A DNA stretch of 62,269 nt from an uncultured virus (IMG/VR IMGVR_UViG_3300022200_000021) (IMGVR_UViG_3300022200_000021), one strand, 5' to 3'. Positions 47,127 through 58,993 are shown, counted from the stretch's first letter. Numbers and translations: made by a program. Notes: generated by a model not told the origin, from the letters alone.

Positions 47127-50100
47127 CTATGATTTTTGCTCTATATAGAATCCTCCTACTGCATACGAAACTGATGTGGAGTATGCAGCAGTTTTTGCAT
47201 TAGGTATTGTAACTCCAGAAAAATAAACTGAACTTACTCCTGATACCTTTTTTGAACCTATAATTACTGTTCTGTTTGAATTTTCATCATCAAATGTTGT
47301 TGTTGTGCTATTAGTCTTTGACCGTATAATATTTCTAGTAAATCCGCTACCTAATGTTGCACTAGTAGTGCTACAATCATCTATTGCAATTGTTATTACA
47401 ATAAGGTATGTCTTGCTTGTCGATAGGCCAGTAATAGTTCCACTTCCAAATGTATCCGAAGCAGTTGATATAATTCCAGTGCCAAAACCAAACTGCCCTC
47501 CTCCAGATACTAAATTTGCATCACGTACTACAACCGCAGCATGAGATACTCCTGAACTAGCAAGTCCTGATATCGATGTAATAGAACTTGTTAACGCCCT
47601 ATATGCTATCCCCCAACAAACACCTGTTGACCCAGCAGTACCGTCTTGTCCAGCATCACCAGCAAAGTATGTAGGAATTTTTATAGTAGTTTCGTCAGAT
47701 GCTCCAGCGTATACAACTGCATCATTTGCACTTGCTGTAACAGAAAGAAAAGTTAGATCATTTACTGAGCTTGAGCTAACTATTCGAATATCGTACGATG
47801 GAGCAGTATATGTTACTGATACAGTTTTCACTGCGTAAATTGTTGTTATTGAATTAAAATTAGTTACTGTTATAAGACTGTCAGTTGTTTGAGTTACGGT
47901 TGGAAATGTAAGAGTGACCGTTTTTGATCCACTAGAATTTAATGTAACTGCAGCAGCATAAACACTATCACGATAAACTTTAACAGTAGTGCTTGCTGTT
48001 CCAGTGATAGTATATGTTGCTGATCCTCCGCTAGGCACCGAATTTGATCCAGATATTGACCACGATGCATTAACTGTTACCGAATAAGTAGCTACTGTTG
48101 TTCCAAGAATATCATATACATACAAGGTATACGACCCTGTAGTAGAAGGCAACGTGCCGGAAACTGTATCTGATCCAACACCGTTTATATTTGCAGTACC
48201 TGTAGTACCAGTATCATTTAATACCGAAGTTGCTGTTGCAGAAGTACGTAACCTTACGCTAAAATATTGGCCCGACGGCCCTGAAACAGTCCATGATGCA
48301 CTAGAACCAGTTTGTCCACTAGATGTTCCAGATACTGTCCAAGGAACATTTAATATAGTAAACGACGACGACGCAAGAGACGAAGATGTAGTAGTTGTTG
48401 ATGTTGTTAAGTAAATATAATTCGTAGAATTAGAAGAAACTAATGGAAAAGCTGCAACTGTAGCAGTAGCACTACCTGCTGTATTTGTAGCAGTATACCC
48501 TTTATAAGTCGATGAACTTAATGTTGTACCTATTCTATAATACACTGTAGTGCTAGGTGGTCCTGAAATATAAAATGTTCCCGAAGTAGCTTCATACGCA
48601 GAATACGGACTATTTACCCCCGGACCGTACACACTCCACGATGCAACATAATTAATAGTAACTGATTTTGAAGTTAAACTTGATGATGTAGTTGTTGACG
48701 AATTAACAATCCAAATATAAGTAGTTTGCGTGCTAGTCACTGATGGAAAACTAACACTAATTGAAGCTGATCCAGAGCTATTCGTTGTAAGAGATCCTTT
48801 GTAAGTTGAGCTCGATAAAGTACTACCTAATCTCCAATATGCCGTTGTGCTATTTGGTCCAGTGACAGTATAAGTCGACGACTCTCCACTATTTACCGAG
48901 CTTGAGCCTGAAATTGACCACGACACCGGAGCAACATACGTTATATACACATTAACTGATGCTTTTTGAACATTGTTTTCATAGATATATAATGTAACAT
49001 TACCAGACGATGTAACCGTCGGTGCAGATACTGAGAAACTAGCTGTTCCTGAAGTATTAGTAGTGCCTGATCCTGATTTTGTACTCCATGAATATGTAAA
49101 ACTTCTTGAAGCAGCAGGAGATACCGACACAGAAAATGTTGTCGATGTTCCACCATATACTGTAGACGGTGACGATTTACTTACTGACCACGAATATGTA
49201 ATTACTTGTGTAGTAATAGCTAATGTGCGATAAGTTGTTGCTGTTTGCCCAGTTGAACTAATAGCTTTAACATGCCCGTAGATAGTTCCTGCTGAGCTTG
49301 CACTATATGAAGCAGATCCATTAATATTTCCATTGATCCAACCTGTCGTCGGTGTTGTTGCGGAAGATGTTAACGCATATTGCACAGATGATGCATTTGA
49401 GGTTGTCCACGATAATGTAGACGATGAAGGAGATGCATTAGTGTATATTGTAGAATTATTCCATCCTATTGATGTTATCGACGGTGTTATTGCTTGTACT
49501 GTAACTGTTACTCCGCTCGACGATGCTACTAATGTACTATATCCGGCATCGGTGTATACATATAAGTAGTATGTTCCAACAGTTGTCATTCCTTTAGAAA
49601 AGGAAGTTGTATTATTAGAAGGCATAGTTCCTGATCCCGAATACAATGCAGAAGCAGAGGTACTTGTTGCAATTTTATAATAGTACTGACTACCACTTTG
49701 ACCGGTGATTGTAAATGTTGCTGAATTATTCTGAGTTACACTTGACGGACTAACTGATGCTCCCCATGAAACTGCTGATGTTACAGTTAATGTATCATAA
49801 ATTACTGTAGTTCCTTCTACACGTGATTCACTAGCAGATACACTTACATGAATATAAATTGTACCAGTAGTGTTAGGAACTTGAATAGATGTAGTTTGTG
49901 TCCTGTCGTTAGGCATTGTAAGTTCAGTAGTTAACAATGTTCCAGATGCTGTTTTAGACGTCGATGTTGTCCACCTTAAATAATATTTCTGTCCTTTTGG
50001 TCCGGTTACTGTTGCATTTATAAAACTTCCTGCAATTACTGACGATTCTGCAATGTTAATAGTCCACGGCACATTTGTAATATTAAGTGTAGATACATCG

Positions 50101-52166
50101 TATGAAGTAGTGGACGAAGCATCGGCAAATATATGGACATACCGAGTAGTTTCTCCATCAGTACTAGATATAGTAAATTCTTTAGTACCGTCGGCTTGAG
50201 TAGTCTGCTCTGTGCCATTTGTAAAATCAGTTAATGTTTCAGAATCACTTGTTTTACTATAAAATGTTGTATTCGGAGAGCCGGTAACTGTAAATAAGGC
50301 TGATTCAAATTCGTAAACAGTTATTGTATCGGGAGATAATGTCCATTGAACCTCTACATTATTTACAGTTACATTTACTCTATCTACTTCAACTGTTCGA
50401 TTAGCATCATTGTATATAATCATTGGAATAGTAGAATCTGTAGTAACTAACGGAGATTTTACAGTAAGTCCTGTTGCTCCTGCACTAGATGTACTACCTG
50501 ATCCTTCAACAGTTCCCCATGTGTACCAAAAATTTCTTGCAGCAGGTGGACTTACAAGAACACTAAAACCGCTATCTGTGTCTTCATCAACAGTAGATTG
50601 ATCAGCAGCTACTGTCCATTCTATATCAATTATAGGTATAAGACCAGTACTTGCTACTTTGTTAGTATACGCACTATCAGTAAAAAATTCAATGTTTAAA
50701 GATTCATTCTCAGTAACTGTATCTAATACTAATGTCCGAGATAATACGTAAATGTTATTGTTGATACTAAATGATCCGCTATTTGCATTATCACTGTAAT
50801 CGTCTGCTTCAGGTGATATAGACGTACCGGTAAAATCTTTCCAGTATATAATAGTTCCGTTTTGTACATTAGTAGTTGTCAAGGTTATCTCAATTGATTC
50901 TCCTTCAACTACTTCCGTTTTATTTGTTGTTACAGTATAAGTCTGAACTAAATCAGAAATAGAAATAGATATTGAATCTTCGTTATTATCTAATGATAAT
51001 AACAATGTCTCATTTTCATCTGAAACAGAATCTGTACTAATTGGTATAGTAATATTCCCTTCACCTGTGCTACCAATTGTAAAATTTCCAGTTAATGATA
51101 TTCCAATATCATCGGTTGTAACTCCGGTAATAGTATATGGAACTGTAGTATTTTGTGAAACCCCAGTAGTTCTTAATGTAACTGCAACACTGCCACCTTC
51201 ATTTACAACAGTTTTATCAGCAGATAGCCTAAAACTTTGCGACTCGGCAAATTCATTTAAACCTTTTTCAGTTGTATATTCTGGAGCTGCAATTATAACC
51301 CGATCAGTTGATATATAATGTTGTATTTTACTAGTTAATGTTCCATCAACATTCACATCAAAATCGCCAGATGCAAAATCGTTAAATTCAACTTTAAAAT
51401 AAATTTTGTTAGTGCCGTTCGAGTATGCAGAAATTTTATAAAAATTACCAGCATATGTTCCAGTACCTGTTGTGTAAGTATAAATAGTTTGGTATGTAGT
51501 TGTTAATCCATAATTGCCAATATTTGAACCTTGCCCGTTACCTGATAACGATGCTGTTGAATTATAATTAAATTTAACTATTCCTACTTGTTCGCATAAT
51601 GTCTTCCAACTAGTACCTTTATCAGATAACGATGTTCCTGTATTTGTAGCACTAAATCTAATTTGACCACCTGAGTTGAAAAAATGCCTTCTATGATTTT
51701 CATCTTGAAATGTTACTGAAAATTCATGATATATAGAATCATTCCATGAAACTGATCTTGCACTTGATAACACATCTTCAATTTTTGCTTGAGTCGTATC
51801 TATTAAGAATTTATCCGCTTCAATTGATGACATTAATCTTTCATAGTCTAATATACCGTTATATGTACCTTCTGGATCTGCTGATTGTTGCCCGGAATTG
51901 TTCACAAAATAACTAGTTTCTTCGGCAATAACATTTAAATTTTCATCAACATTAGTTAAATTTGAAAATGTTCCAACTTGATGAATCCGCATCCTAATTA
52001 AATCCGCATACATATTGTTTAAGTGGTCAGCATCTACGATATCAGTAGTACTTACTTGCGAACTAGCAAGTGTTTGACCGTACCCTGATTGACCTGATCC
52101 TGTTCCTAGAATATTTGCAATTCGTGTCTGCAATTCATTAATTCGGTTTGCGGTTATATTAGCCAT
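47127..52166 (-). CDS. 1679-aa S/T-rich tail fibre/adhesin with tandem Ig-like domains
   Basis: N-terminus paralogous to the ORF at 52249; Calx-beta-like V.EG units; about ten ~90-aa W-initiated modules; GATAAATA upstream on minus strand (52193-52200). Confidence 0.7.
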   Translation of the reverse strand: MANITANRINELQTRIANILGTGSGQSGYGQTLASSQVSTTDIVDADHLNNMYADLIRMRIHQVGTFSNLTNVDENLNVIAEETSYFVNNSGQQSADPEGTYNGILDYERLMSSIEADKFLIDTTQAKIEDVLSSARSVSWNDSIYHEFSVTFQDENHRRHFFNSGGQIRFSATNTGTSLSDKGTSWKTLCEQVGIVKFNYNSTASLSGNGQGSNIGNYGLTTTYQTIYTYTTGTGTYAGNFYKISAYSNGTNKIYFKVEFNDFASGDFDVNVDGTLTSKIQHYISTDRVIIAAPEYTTEKGLNEFAESQSFRLSADKTVVNEGGSVAVTLRTTGVSQNTTVPYTITGVTTDDIGISLTGNFTIGSTGEGNITIPISTDSVSDENETLLLSLDNNEDSISISISDLVQTYTVTTNKTEVVEGESIEITLTTTNVQNGTIIYWKDFTGTSISPEADDYSDNANSGSFSINNNIYVLSRTLVLDTVTENESLNIEFFTDSAYTNKVASTGLIPIIDIEWTVAADQSTVDEDTDSGFSVLVSPPAARNFWYTWGTVEGSGSTSSAGATGLTVKSPLVTTDSTIPMIIYNDANRTVEVDRVNVTVNNVEVQWTLSPDTITVYEFESALFTVTGSPNTTFYSKTSDSETLTDFTNGTEQTTQADGTKEFTISSTDGETTRYVHIFADASSTTSYDVSTLNITNVPWTINIAESSVIAGSFINATVTGPKGQKYYLRWTTSTSKTASGTLLTTELTMPNDRTQTTSIQVPNTTGTIYIHVSVSASESRVEGTTVIYDTLTVTSAVSWGASVSPSSVTQNNSATFTITGQSGSQYYYKIATSTSASALYSGSGTMPSNNTTSFSKGMTTVGTYYLYVYTDAGYSTLVASSSGVTVTVQAITPSITSIGWNNSTIYTNASPSSSTLSWTTSNASSVQYALTSSATTPTTGWINGNINGSASYSASSAGTIYGHVKAISSTGQTATTYRTLAITTQVITYSWSVSKSSPSTVYGGTSTTFSVSVSPAASRSFTYSWSTKSGSGTTNTSGTASFSVSAPTVTSSGNVTLYIYENNVQKASVNVYITYVAPVSWSISGSSSVNSGESSTYTVTGPNSTTAYWRLGSTLSSSTYKGSLTTNSSGSASISVSFPSVTSTQTTYIWIVNSSTTTSSSLTSKSVTINYVASWSVYGPGVNSPYSAYEATSGTFYISGPPSTTVYYRIGTTLSSSTYKGYTATNTAGSATATVAAFPLVSSNSTNYIYLTTSTTTTSSSLASSSFTILNVPWTVSGTSSGQTGSSASWTVSGPSGQYFSVRLRTSATATSVLNDTGTTGTANINGVGSDTVSGTLPSTTGSYTLYVYDILGTTVATYSVTVNASWSISGSNSVPSGGSATYTITGTASTTVKVYRDSVYAAAVTLNSSGSKTVTLTFPTVTQTTDSLITVTNFNSITTIYAVKTVSVTYTAPSYDIRIVSSSSVNDLTFLSVTASANDAVVYAGASDETTIKIPTYFAGDAGQDGTAGSTGVCWGIAYRALTSSITSISGLASSGVSHAAVVVRDANLVSGGGQFGFGTGIISTASDTFGSGTITGLSTSKTYLIVITIAIDDCSTTSATLGSGFTRNIIRSKTNSTTTTFDDENSNRTVIIGSKKVSGVSSVYFSGVTIPNAKTAAYSTSVSYAVGGFYIEQKS

Positions 52167-52248
52167 GTTAAATCCTTATAATATATTATCAGTATTTATC
52201 AGAACAACTTGTAATTTAGAAGTATATTAAGATAATGTATTTTACAAA

Positions 52249-55200
52249 CTATCCAGTTATATAAAATGTTTCTGTAGCTACTTGTGAATTTTTATCGCCC
52301 TCAATGGTTACTAAATATGCTGTTAATGTTATCCTGCCTTCAGGCACTTCGTCAGATCTTGCGGTTAATGTAGTTGTTGCAACTGCAGATGTTGATTGAT
52401 TTACTTTTACTTCTGATTGCGGGAAGGTTTTTTCAAATGTTGCTTCGCTAAAAATATGTGGGTATAATAAATTGCGATCGCTTCGAGTTGTCCAAGCAAC
52501 ACTTCCACTATGTATAAATTCTAAACCTACTGCTGCAGGATTAGAACTAGAAACAGCTCCATTATCTCCGTTAACTGGTAAATTTCCTGCAACTACTTTA
52601 ACATAATTCCACCCTGCTGGTAAAACAACCGAACCAAGATCATTCCAAGCTGTAAAATCACCAAATGCTGCAACCTCTGTATTGTTAACATATACTCGTG
52701 TAGCATTGTCAACTGCACCGTATAGTCGTCCTGTAGTACTAACGTCACCATAATACCACCATGTAAATGTTTGCGATGCAAATCCCTCAACAGGTGTTGT
52801 AGATTTTCCATTTTGCCATATACCTAAAGTTTGCATTTTAGATGGCCATTCAGATGATTGATGAGTAGCAATAGGATACTTTGACGGGTAAGCATGATTA
52901 GAACTATTTGCTTCGATTAACAAATATAAGTTTGCGTGCGGATTATTTCGGTGTGTTGCTGAAAAGGTTATAGTGTTTCCTTCGTTGAAATATTTGTTAG
53001 TTCCAACAGATAACTCATAATATGGATTAGCTGGCGGAGGGGGATTTCCAGAACCGACAATTTCTGTAGTATCAAGATCGTCAGTAATAGGGCCGGTTTG
53101 ATCCACACACGAAAATCCTATTGTTTTACCAATTTCCGCAGTGGACGATACAGATACTTCAACATCAATGTACCCATTACCAGAAGAGTCAGTATCAATT
53201 GACTGATCTAAATAATTGCCATTTTCCATAGATGGATCTGTAGTATAATCACTAATGTATACTGCATCGTTTGTAGCTGCAACAAACCTGAAAAAACGGT
53301 TAGATACTGAAGTATTTCTACTAGTGTGATTTTCAACACCCCATCGAACAGTATAAGATCCTCCTTGTGATATAGTATCTCTTGATGCTCTAACATACCA
53401 ATTTATAACATCAGGAGGGGGTGGTGAGGGAGAAGGAGGAGGAGAAGGAGGAGGAGTAATTATAACTGGCTCTTCAGAAGCATAAATGCCTGAATTTGCT
53501 TTAATTGTTACACCGTCTGCATTTGTTGCTTCGGCCCATCCCCATATAGTTCCTTCTGTAGTTGTATTGTATGATGCACTACCGTTAACTACTGTTGTAG
53601 GGGTCCAAGAAGTAGGTTCAGAAGATGTGTTAAATACAAATCCATATCTAACAGAAACTGCATTAGTAGTAGACCAATTAAAAATTGCTGCATCACCTAC
53701 TTCTACAGCACCGTCTGTCCAATAAACAGCTATAGTTGGTAATCCTGCAGCTTGATTTTGAATATTTATAGTTGCATATCTTTGTTGTGTTTCATCTTTA
53801 CTATTATATGCAATAGCATGACCGTACCATCTTCCTGATTCTGGAGGAGTCCACAGCGTACTGCCGTTTACGGTATTTGCACGAGTCCAAGATGTAGGAT
53901 TCGATGCTGAGTTAGTAATAGCATATCGAACAACAGTAGTTGACTCGTTTGTATCCCATGAAAGAGTAACAGCAGTTCCTACTACTCCTACAGTAGTACT
54001 CCAACTAACATTAATTTCAGGTGGAGGGATAGTTAAGCTTGTATCGTTAATTACTACGTCCGGAGATACTGCAAGAACTTCTCCAGAAAACGAACCACTT
54101 CTCAACTCAAGTATGCAAGTTTCAGATCCATCAGTAGTTAAGTCGTTTTTAACTTTTCGACTTACTGATCCAGTGTTATTAACAATAACAACTGTGCCAG
54201 AAATTACACCATCATCAAAATCTGCTGCTTCTGATGTACCGATATCAGTCCAATATAAAACTGTATTGTTTACAATATTAGTAGTAGTAATAGTAAAAGT
54301 AACAGTATCACCTTCACTTATTGCTGTTTTGTCAGGAGAAATGTTATAAGTAGGTGGTTCTGTTGTATTTTCTAATACAACGCTTACCGATGCTTTGTTG
54401 TTGGTTAAAGTTAGGGTTAAAGTTTCATCATCTTCAACTTCTAAGTCATTAGAAACTTTTATATCAATCGAATCATATTCTTGTTCAATGACAAACGATC
54501 CACTCAACGGTGATTGAATATCACTTGTTGAAATCCCTGTAATTGTATAAGGTATCGGTGTTAAATTTGGAACACCGGATGTTCTTAATACTATAGTAAA
54601 TGTTTGCCCTTCACGCACTCTAGTTGAGCTTGGAATTAACTTATATGTTTGCGGCTCTTCGAACGAATCTAACGATGCTACATTTCTATATGCCGGTGAA
54701 GGCACAGTAACTTCTCCTGTAGCTCTATATTGTCGAACAGTGCTAGTTATAACCCCGTCAACATTTGCATCAAATTCTTCTTCAACAACATCACTAAATT
54801 CTATCTTAAAATATACAGAATTAGTATCGTATAATTTTGCATATATTGCATATTTGTTATTAACATAGTTACCAGTAGTGATTGTATTAGAAAAAATAAG
54901 TTGATAAGTAGTAGTTAAATCAAAAAAACCAATATCAGTCGGTATTCCTTCCTGAGAACCTTCTGACGTAGTAAATCCATGATTAAAGATTATAGTTTTA
55001 CTATCATTACACAATTGAGCCCATCTAATTCCTTTAGCAGATGATGCTCCAGTAATGTTAGCATCAAACCGAATATCTCCACCCGAATTGAAAAAATGTC
55101 GTCTATGATTGCTATTTGTAAATGTTGCAGATACTTCGTGATATATAGTTCCGTTCCACGAACGATACCGGGTACTTGTTATTCCGTTTTCCAATGATCC

Positions 55201-55593
55201 TTGTGTTTCGTGAATTAAAAATCTGTCAGAAACTACTAAATTAATTAAAGTTTCGTAATCAAGTATTCCTTTAGTTTCACTGTCTGGATCAATTTCAAGA
55301 TCACCGCCATCTGTAATAAAATTACTGTCATCTTTTCCTACTAAGTTTAAGTTAGAAGTAACTTTATCTATAAGTATTTCTGATACACCAATTTGATGAG
55401 TTCGAATAACTTTCAAATCGTCGTACATTTGATTAAGATGAGATGCAAGTATAGTGTTGTTAGTATTATCACTTCGGTTAACTTGAAAGCTACGGACTTG
55501 TTGTCCGTAGCCTTTGTCACCTGCTCCAATTCCTAAAATTAAATCAATATTTGTTTGAAGCTCGTTTATTTTAGCAGCAGTAATTTCATCCAT
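52249..55593 (-). CDS. 1114-aa tail fibre/adhesin with Ig-like domains and Pro-rich linker
   Basis: GYGQ and RRHFFNSGG.IRF N-domain; PPPSPPPSPSPPPP linker; C-terminal AVDNATRVYVN..GWN beta-sandwich. Confidence 0.7.
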   Translation of the reverse strand: MDEITAAKINELQTNIDLILGIGAGDKGYGQQVRSFQVNRSDNTNNTILASHLNQMYDDLKVIRTHQIGVSEILIDKVTSNLNLVGKDDSNFITDGGDLEIDPDSETKGILDYETLINLVVSDRFLIHETQGSLENGITSTRYRSWNGTIYHEVSATFTNSNHRRHFFNSGGDIRFDANITGASSAKGIRWAQLCNDSKTIIFNHGFTTSEGSQEGIPTDIGFFDLTTTYQLIFSNTITTGNYVNNKYAIYAKLYDTNSVYFKIEFSDVVEEEFDANVDGVITSTVRQYRATGEVTVPSPAYRNVASLDSFEEPQTYKLIPSSTRVREGQTFTIVLRTSGVPNLTPIPYTITGISTSDIQSPLSGSFVIEQEYDSIDIKVSNDLEVEDDETLTLTLTNNKASVSVVLENTTEPPTYNISPDKTAISEGDTVTFTITTTNIVNNTVLYWTDIGTSEAADFDDGVISGTVVIVNNTGSVSRKVKNDLTTDGSETCILELRSGSFSGEVLAVSPDVVINDTSLTIPPPEINVSWSTTVGVVGTAVTLSWDTNESTTVVRYAITNSASNPTSWTRANTVNGSTLWTPPESGRWYGHAIAYNSKDETQQRYATINIQNQAAGLPTIAVYWTDGAVEVGDAAIFNWSTTNAVSVRYGFVFNTSSEPTSWTPTTVVNGSASYNTTTEGTIWGWAEATNADGVTIKANSGIYASEEPVIITPPPSPPPSPSPPPPDVINWYVRASRDTISQGGSYTVRWGVENHTSRNTSVSNRFFRFVAATNDAVYISDYTTDPSMENGNYLDQSIDTDSSGNGYIDVEVSVSSTAEIGKTIGFSCVDQTGPITDDLDTTEIVGSGNPPPPANPYYELSVGTNKYFNEGNTITFSATHRNNPHANLYLLIEANSSNHAYPSKYPIATHQSSEWPSKMQTLGIWQNGKSTTPVEGFASQTFTWWYYGDVSTTGRLYGAVDNATRVYVNNTEVAAFGDFTAWNDLGSVVLPAGWNYVKVVAGNLPVNGDNGAVSSSNPAAVGLEFIHSGSVAWTTRSDRNLLYPHIFSEATFEKTFPQSEVKVNQSTSAVATTTLTARSDEVPEGRITLTAYLVTIEGDKNSQVATETFYITG

Positions 55594-57074
55594 TATACTT
55601 TAAGTACGCATTCGACTAACTTTTCTTCGTCATTTAAATTTGTTTCCAATGCTACACCAACTAACGGTCCTTCACCGTTAACTTCGCAAACTCCATCACG
55701 TGCAACACTAATTTTTTGACCTTTTGTCACAGGACCTATTACTCGAACAGGTACTCGACCTTTTAATGCAATAGCTTGTCCAGTTATATCAGCATTCATT
55801 AAGTACGCAGGATTTTCTGATATAACACCTATTACAATCGATGTGCAATCTGCAGGACATGCTTCATGTACAGAATGCTCACAAATTGCCATCGCTGTTC
55901 CTACTGCGTATTCAACTTCAGTTGTATATTTTTCTGCTAAGTCAGCATATCGTGCTTGTGTTGCTGTTCCTTTGAACAATACTGCAGAAATATCTCCATT
56001 ACTATCTCTAACTGCTACTGTTTCTGGCGTAGCAGACGTAGATGCCGGCATGTTAACAGAGCCTACTCGCAATGCAATTGCTGAATCTGCAACACCTTTT
56101 AAACTTACAGCATGCACTTCATTCCACTTTAACGAAGTAGACCCTAAATTAAATCCGTTGCTACCTGTACTGTTAATAGCAGGCACTAATCCTATATTTG
56201 AAATTGTGGCAATTCTATTTGAAGTTCCTGTGCTATCAGTTGCTTTAAATCTAATTTCATTATTTACACCAATGATATTTTCAATTACACCCATATTGCC
56301 TTGTTCGATATAAATTCGTAAATCTAACGAATCTCCTATCGTTATACCTGCATCTGGAAAATTTACTGCAGAATTAAAAGTAGGATCTACTTGTGTAATA
56401 TACTGATCCGCATCAATACCTCCTAATTTTGCTGCATTTGATGCAGTTCCCCAAAACCACCAGTCTGGCGGAGTAGTAACTCCATTTGTTGCTAACTTAG
56501 TGTTAATTAATGTTAGACCTTTTTTAATTCTATCAAAACCAGGTATTGGATTTACATCACTTAAATCAAATTCGTTAGCACTAATAATGTATATAACTTC
56601 GTCATTAATTACTGCAGTAATAATACTTCGGGTATTTCCCGCAGTATCGATTACTTCTCTACTTTGCATTTGAGTAATGCCTTCGCCTGTGCTTTGAGGT
56701 CCGATTAATATAAAAGTAGATCCATTATAAACATAAAGTTGATTATTAGCATCATCCCACCAAAAATCACCTGTAACTAAACCTGAAGGCTCGTCAGTAC
56801 CGACTTCTGCCCCACCAGTTGTTCTCCATTTATACCCATCGTAAAATTTTAATTTACTGTTTGAGCTGTCAAACCAAAGCTGACCGCTTAATGGCCTAGG
56901 TGGCTCTTGCGATCCTGAAAAGTTTTCCAATAAAAATAAAAAATTCTCATTTTGTATTTCACCATATCCTGAATAATTTTTACCAATAAAAATTAAATCA
57001 GTTGACTGGTCTACTTGTCCATCTTCGACAGTAGTTAGTAATGTGTTATTATATCGATTAATTTGATAAGCCAT
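55593..57074 (-). CDS. Tail/baseplate fibre protein
   Basis: GKNYSGYGE..NENFLFLLENF..GQLWFD N-domain; C-terminal YADLAEKY...IALKGRVPVRV (intramolecular-chaperone-like). Confidence 0.7.
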   Translation of the reverse strand: MAYQINRYNNTLLTTVEDGQVDQSTDLIFIGKNYSGYGEIQNENFLFLLENFSGSQEPPRPLSGQLWFDSSNSKLKFYDGYKWRTTGGAEVGTDEPSGLVTGDFWWDDANNQLYVYNGSTFILIGPQSTGEGITQMQSREVIDTAGNTRSIITAVINDEVIYIISANEFDLSDVNPIPGFDRIKKGLTLINTKLATNGVTTPPDWWFWGTASNAAKLGGIDADQYITQVDPTFNSAVNFPDAGITIGDSLDLRIYIEQGNMGVIENIIGVNNEIRFKATDSTGTSNRIATISNIGLVPAINSTGSNGFNLGSTSLKWNEVHAVSLKGVADSAIALRVGSVNMPASTSATPETVAVRDSNGDISAVLFKGTATQARYADLAEKYTTEVEYAVGTAMAICEHSVHEACPADCTSIVIGVISENPAYLMNADITGQAIALKGRVPVRVIGPVTKGQKISVARDGVCEVNGEGPLVGVALETNLNDEEKLVECVLKV

Positions 57075-57133
57075 GTGACAAAACCCCTAGTATTATATTT
57101 TATTTATCCGAAATGCGCGATTTAAAACTGCAC

Positions 57134-58990
57134 TTAGTAGTTTGTCGTTGATACATAATTCCATCCAATGCCATCTGATTGAAATACCATTAATGCTCTA
57201 TTTAATAGCATATTAATAACACCACCTGCTAATGAAAATGAAATATCTTGAACTACTGACTCATTTAATGTTCCGTTTGAATCTACTGCAATATAACTAA
57301 CATCTTTAGCAGAATCAATGTCAATTCCTGAAAATTCTACATTAGTATATGATGTTGTATGTATTCTAGCTATTTTTCCAGATACTGTATCAGATGCAGG
57401 ATATAAATCATTTAAGTACCCTACAACCGTATCAATTAACTCTGCACCTACTCCTAACCCAGTAATATCCATACTAAACACAATCGGTTCTTGCAATACT
57501 CTAGTTTCGACATATCGTTTATTAGTAGCATCTTGATCGTTTATTGGATCACTTAACCCAGTAATCTTGTGGTTTCCTACGATTTCAATATCGCCTTGTG
57601 GAATTAAATTTATACCACTTAAACCTTGCAGAGATAACTGAACTGAACTTACAATAGCATTATTATCAATATTAATAGCATCAACATTTAAATATTGCAA
57701 TGTTCCTATTGTAATTAAATCGTTTGCATACAAAATGTTTGATAAACTAGTATTAGTAAGTTTATCTACTCCGCCAATTTTAATAGAAGTTGCAGTATTT
57801 GATAAGTCTATATTAACAGTTGACGTCCATGAATTAGTTGAGTTTTTCCAAGTAAACGACTTATCACCGCTAGTTGACCGTAAAATAATACCCCCATCGT
57901 CGACCATTAAATTGTCACCGACAGGACCTGAACTTGAATTTGCTAATTCTATATTTTTATCTTCAACCGACAGCGTGGAAACATCGACATTTACAGTATC
58001 TCCCTCTACAATCATGTTACCTTTAACCCTAATATCGCCATTTATGTCTAACGTATATAAGGGATTAGATTCAAAAATTCCAATAGATGCGGTGTTTGAT
58101 TTAACATAAATTGCATCTTTTATTAATGAACCATACGCAGATGATCGTACTCGAATACTTAGATCTTGATCGTTGATTTGATTTTCAATATAGAATCTAT
58201 CGTTAACTATTTTTTGTACATTATTACTAACTAGACCAATACTTAAACCACCAGAATTTTGTATAAACAATTTTCCAGTAGTATATCCGTCTGAGTCTGA
58301 TGGTAAAAACTGATCAGGAGTCCTAATGCCGCCATTTTCAGTTGATAATGAATATGCAGATTCTGCATAACCTAAAATAGTAAATGTTTGTTTATCTACT
58401 ACATTAATTCCTTTATATATAATAGCATCTGGATTTTGTTCAGTAATAAGTGAAGGGATCCGCAAGTCAGGCCTTGGAGTAAATTCTACGTTACTAATCA
58501 CAGCAACTACTTCGTTGTTAATAAATAATTTTAATATAGTTTTGGATGCTCCTTGATAATCAATGATAGTAGCAACTTCAAATCCTGTTTTACCTTGCCC
58601 GGCAGTATACTGCGGTCCTATTAAAATTAAATCTGACCCATCAAACGCATAAAGTTGATTATTTCTATTGTCAATCCAAAAATCACCTGCAACCATATCT
58701 GGAACTGAACCTTGAACATAAGATCCACCGGACGACTTCCAATTAGTACCATTAAAAATCTTTAATCTATTTTCCCTAGTATCCCACCAAATTTGACCAG
58801 TAACTGGATTTGATGGGGCTGCAGTATTAGCGAAATTTTCCAACAATTTAATGAAATTCTCATTTATAAATTCACCATATCCAGTGTAATTCTTACCTAC
58901 TAATACTAAATTTGTACTGTCTTTATCAACTTGTCCGTCTACTAATTCTGTTAACAAACTTCCATCAGTTTTGTTTAATTGATAACTCAT
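57134..58990 (-). CDS. Tail/baseplate fibre protein
   Basis: Same N-domain (GKNYTGYGEFINENFIKLLENF); VEDKNIEL and DATNKRYV motifs. Confidence 0.7.
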   Translation of the reverse strand: MSYQLNKTDGSLLTELVDGQVDKDSTNLVLVGKNYTGYGEFINENFIKLLENFANTAAPSNPVTGQIWWDTRENRLKIFNGTNWKSSGGSYVQGSVPDMVAGDFWIDNRNNQLYAFDGSDLILIGPQYTAGQGKTGFEVATIIDYQGASKTILKLFINNEVVAVISNVEFTPRPDLRIPSLITEQNPDAIIYKGINVVDKQTFTILGYAESAYSLSTENGGIRTPDQFLPSDSDGYTTGKLFIQNSGGLSIGLVSNNVQKIVNDRFYIENQINDQDLSIRVRSSAYGSLIKDAIYVKSNTASIGIFESNPLYTLDINGDIRVKGNMIVEGDTVNVDVSTLSVEDKNIELANSSSGPVGDNLMVDDGGIILRSTSGDKSFTWKNSTNSWTSTVNIDLSNTATSIKIGGVDKLTNTSLSNILYANDLITIGTLQYLNVDAINIDNNAIVSSVQLSLQGLSGINLIPQGDIEIVGNHKITGLSDPINDQDATNKRYVETRVLQEPIVFSMDITGLGVGAELIDTVVGYLNDLYPASDTVSGKIARIHTTSYTNVEFSGIDIDSAKDVSYIAVDSNGTLNESVVQDISFSLAGGVINMLLNRALMVFQSDGIGWNYVSTTNY

Positions 58991-58993
58991 GTT

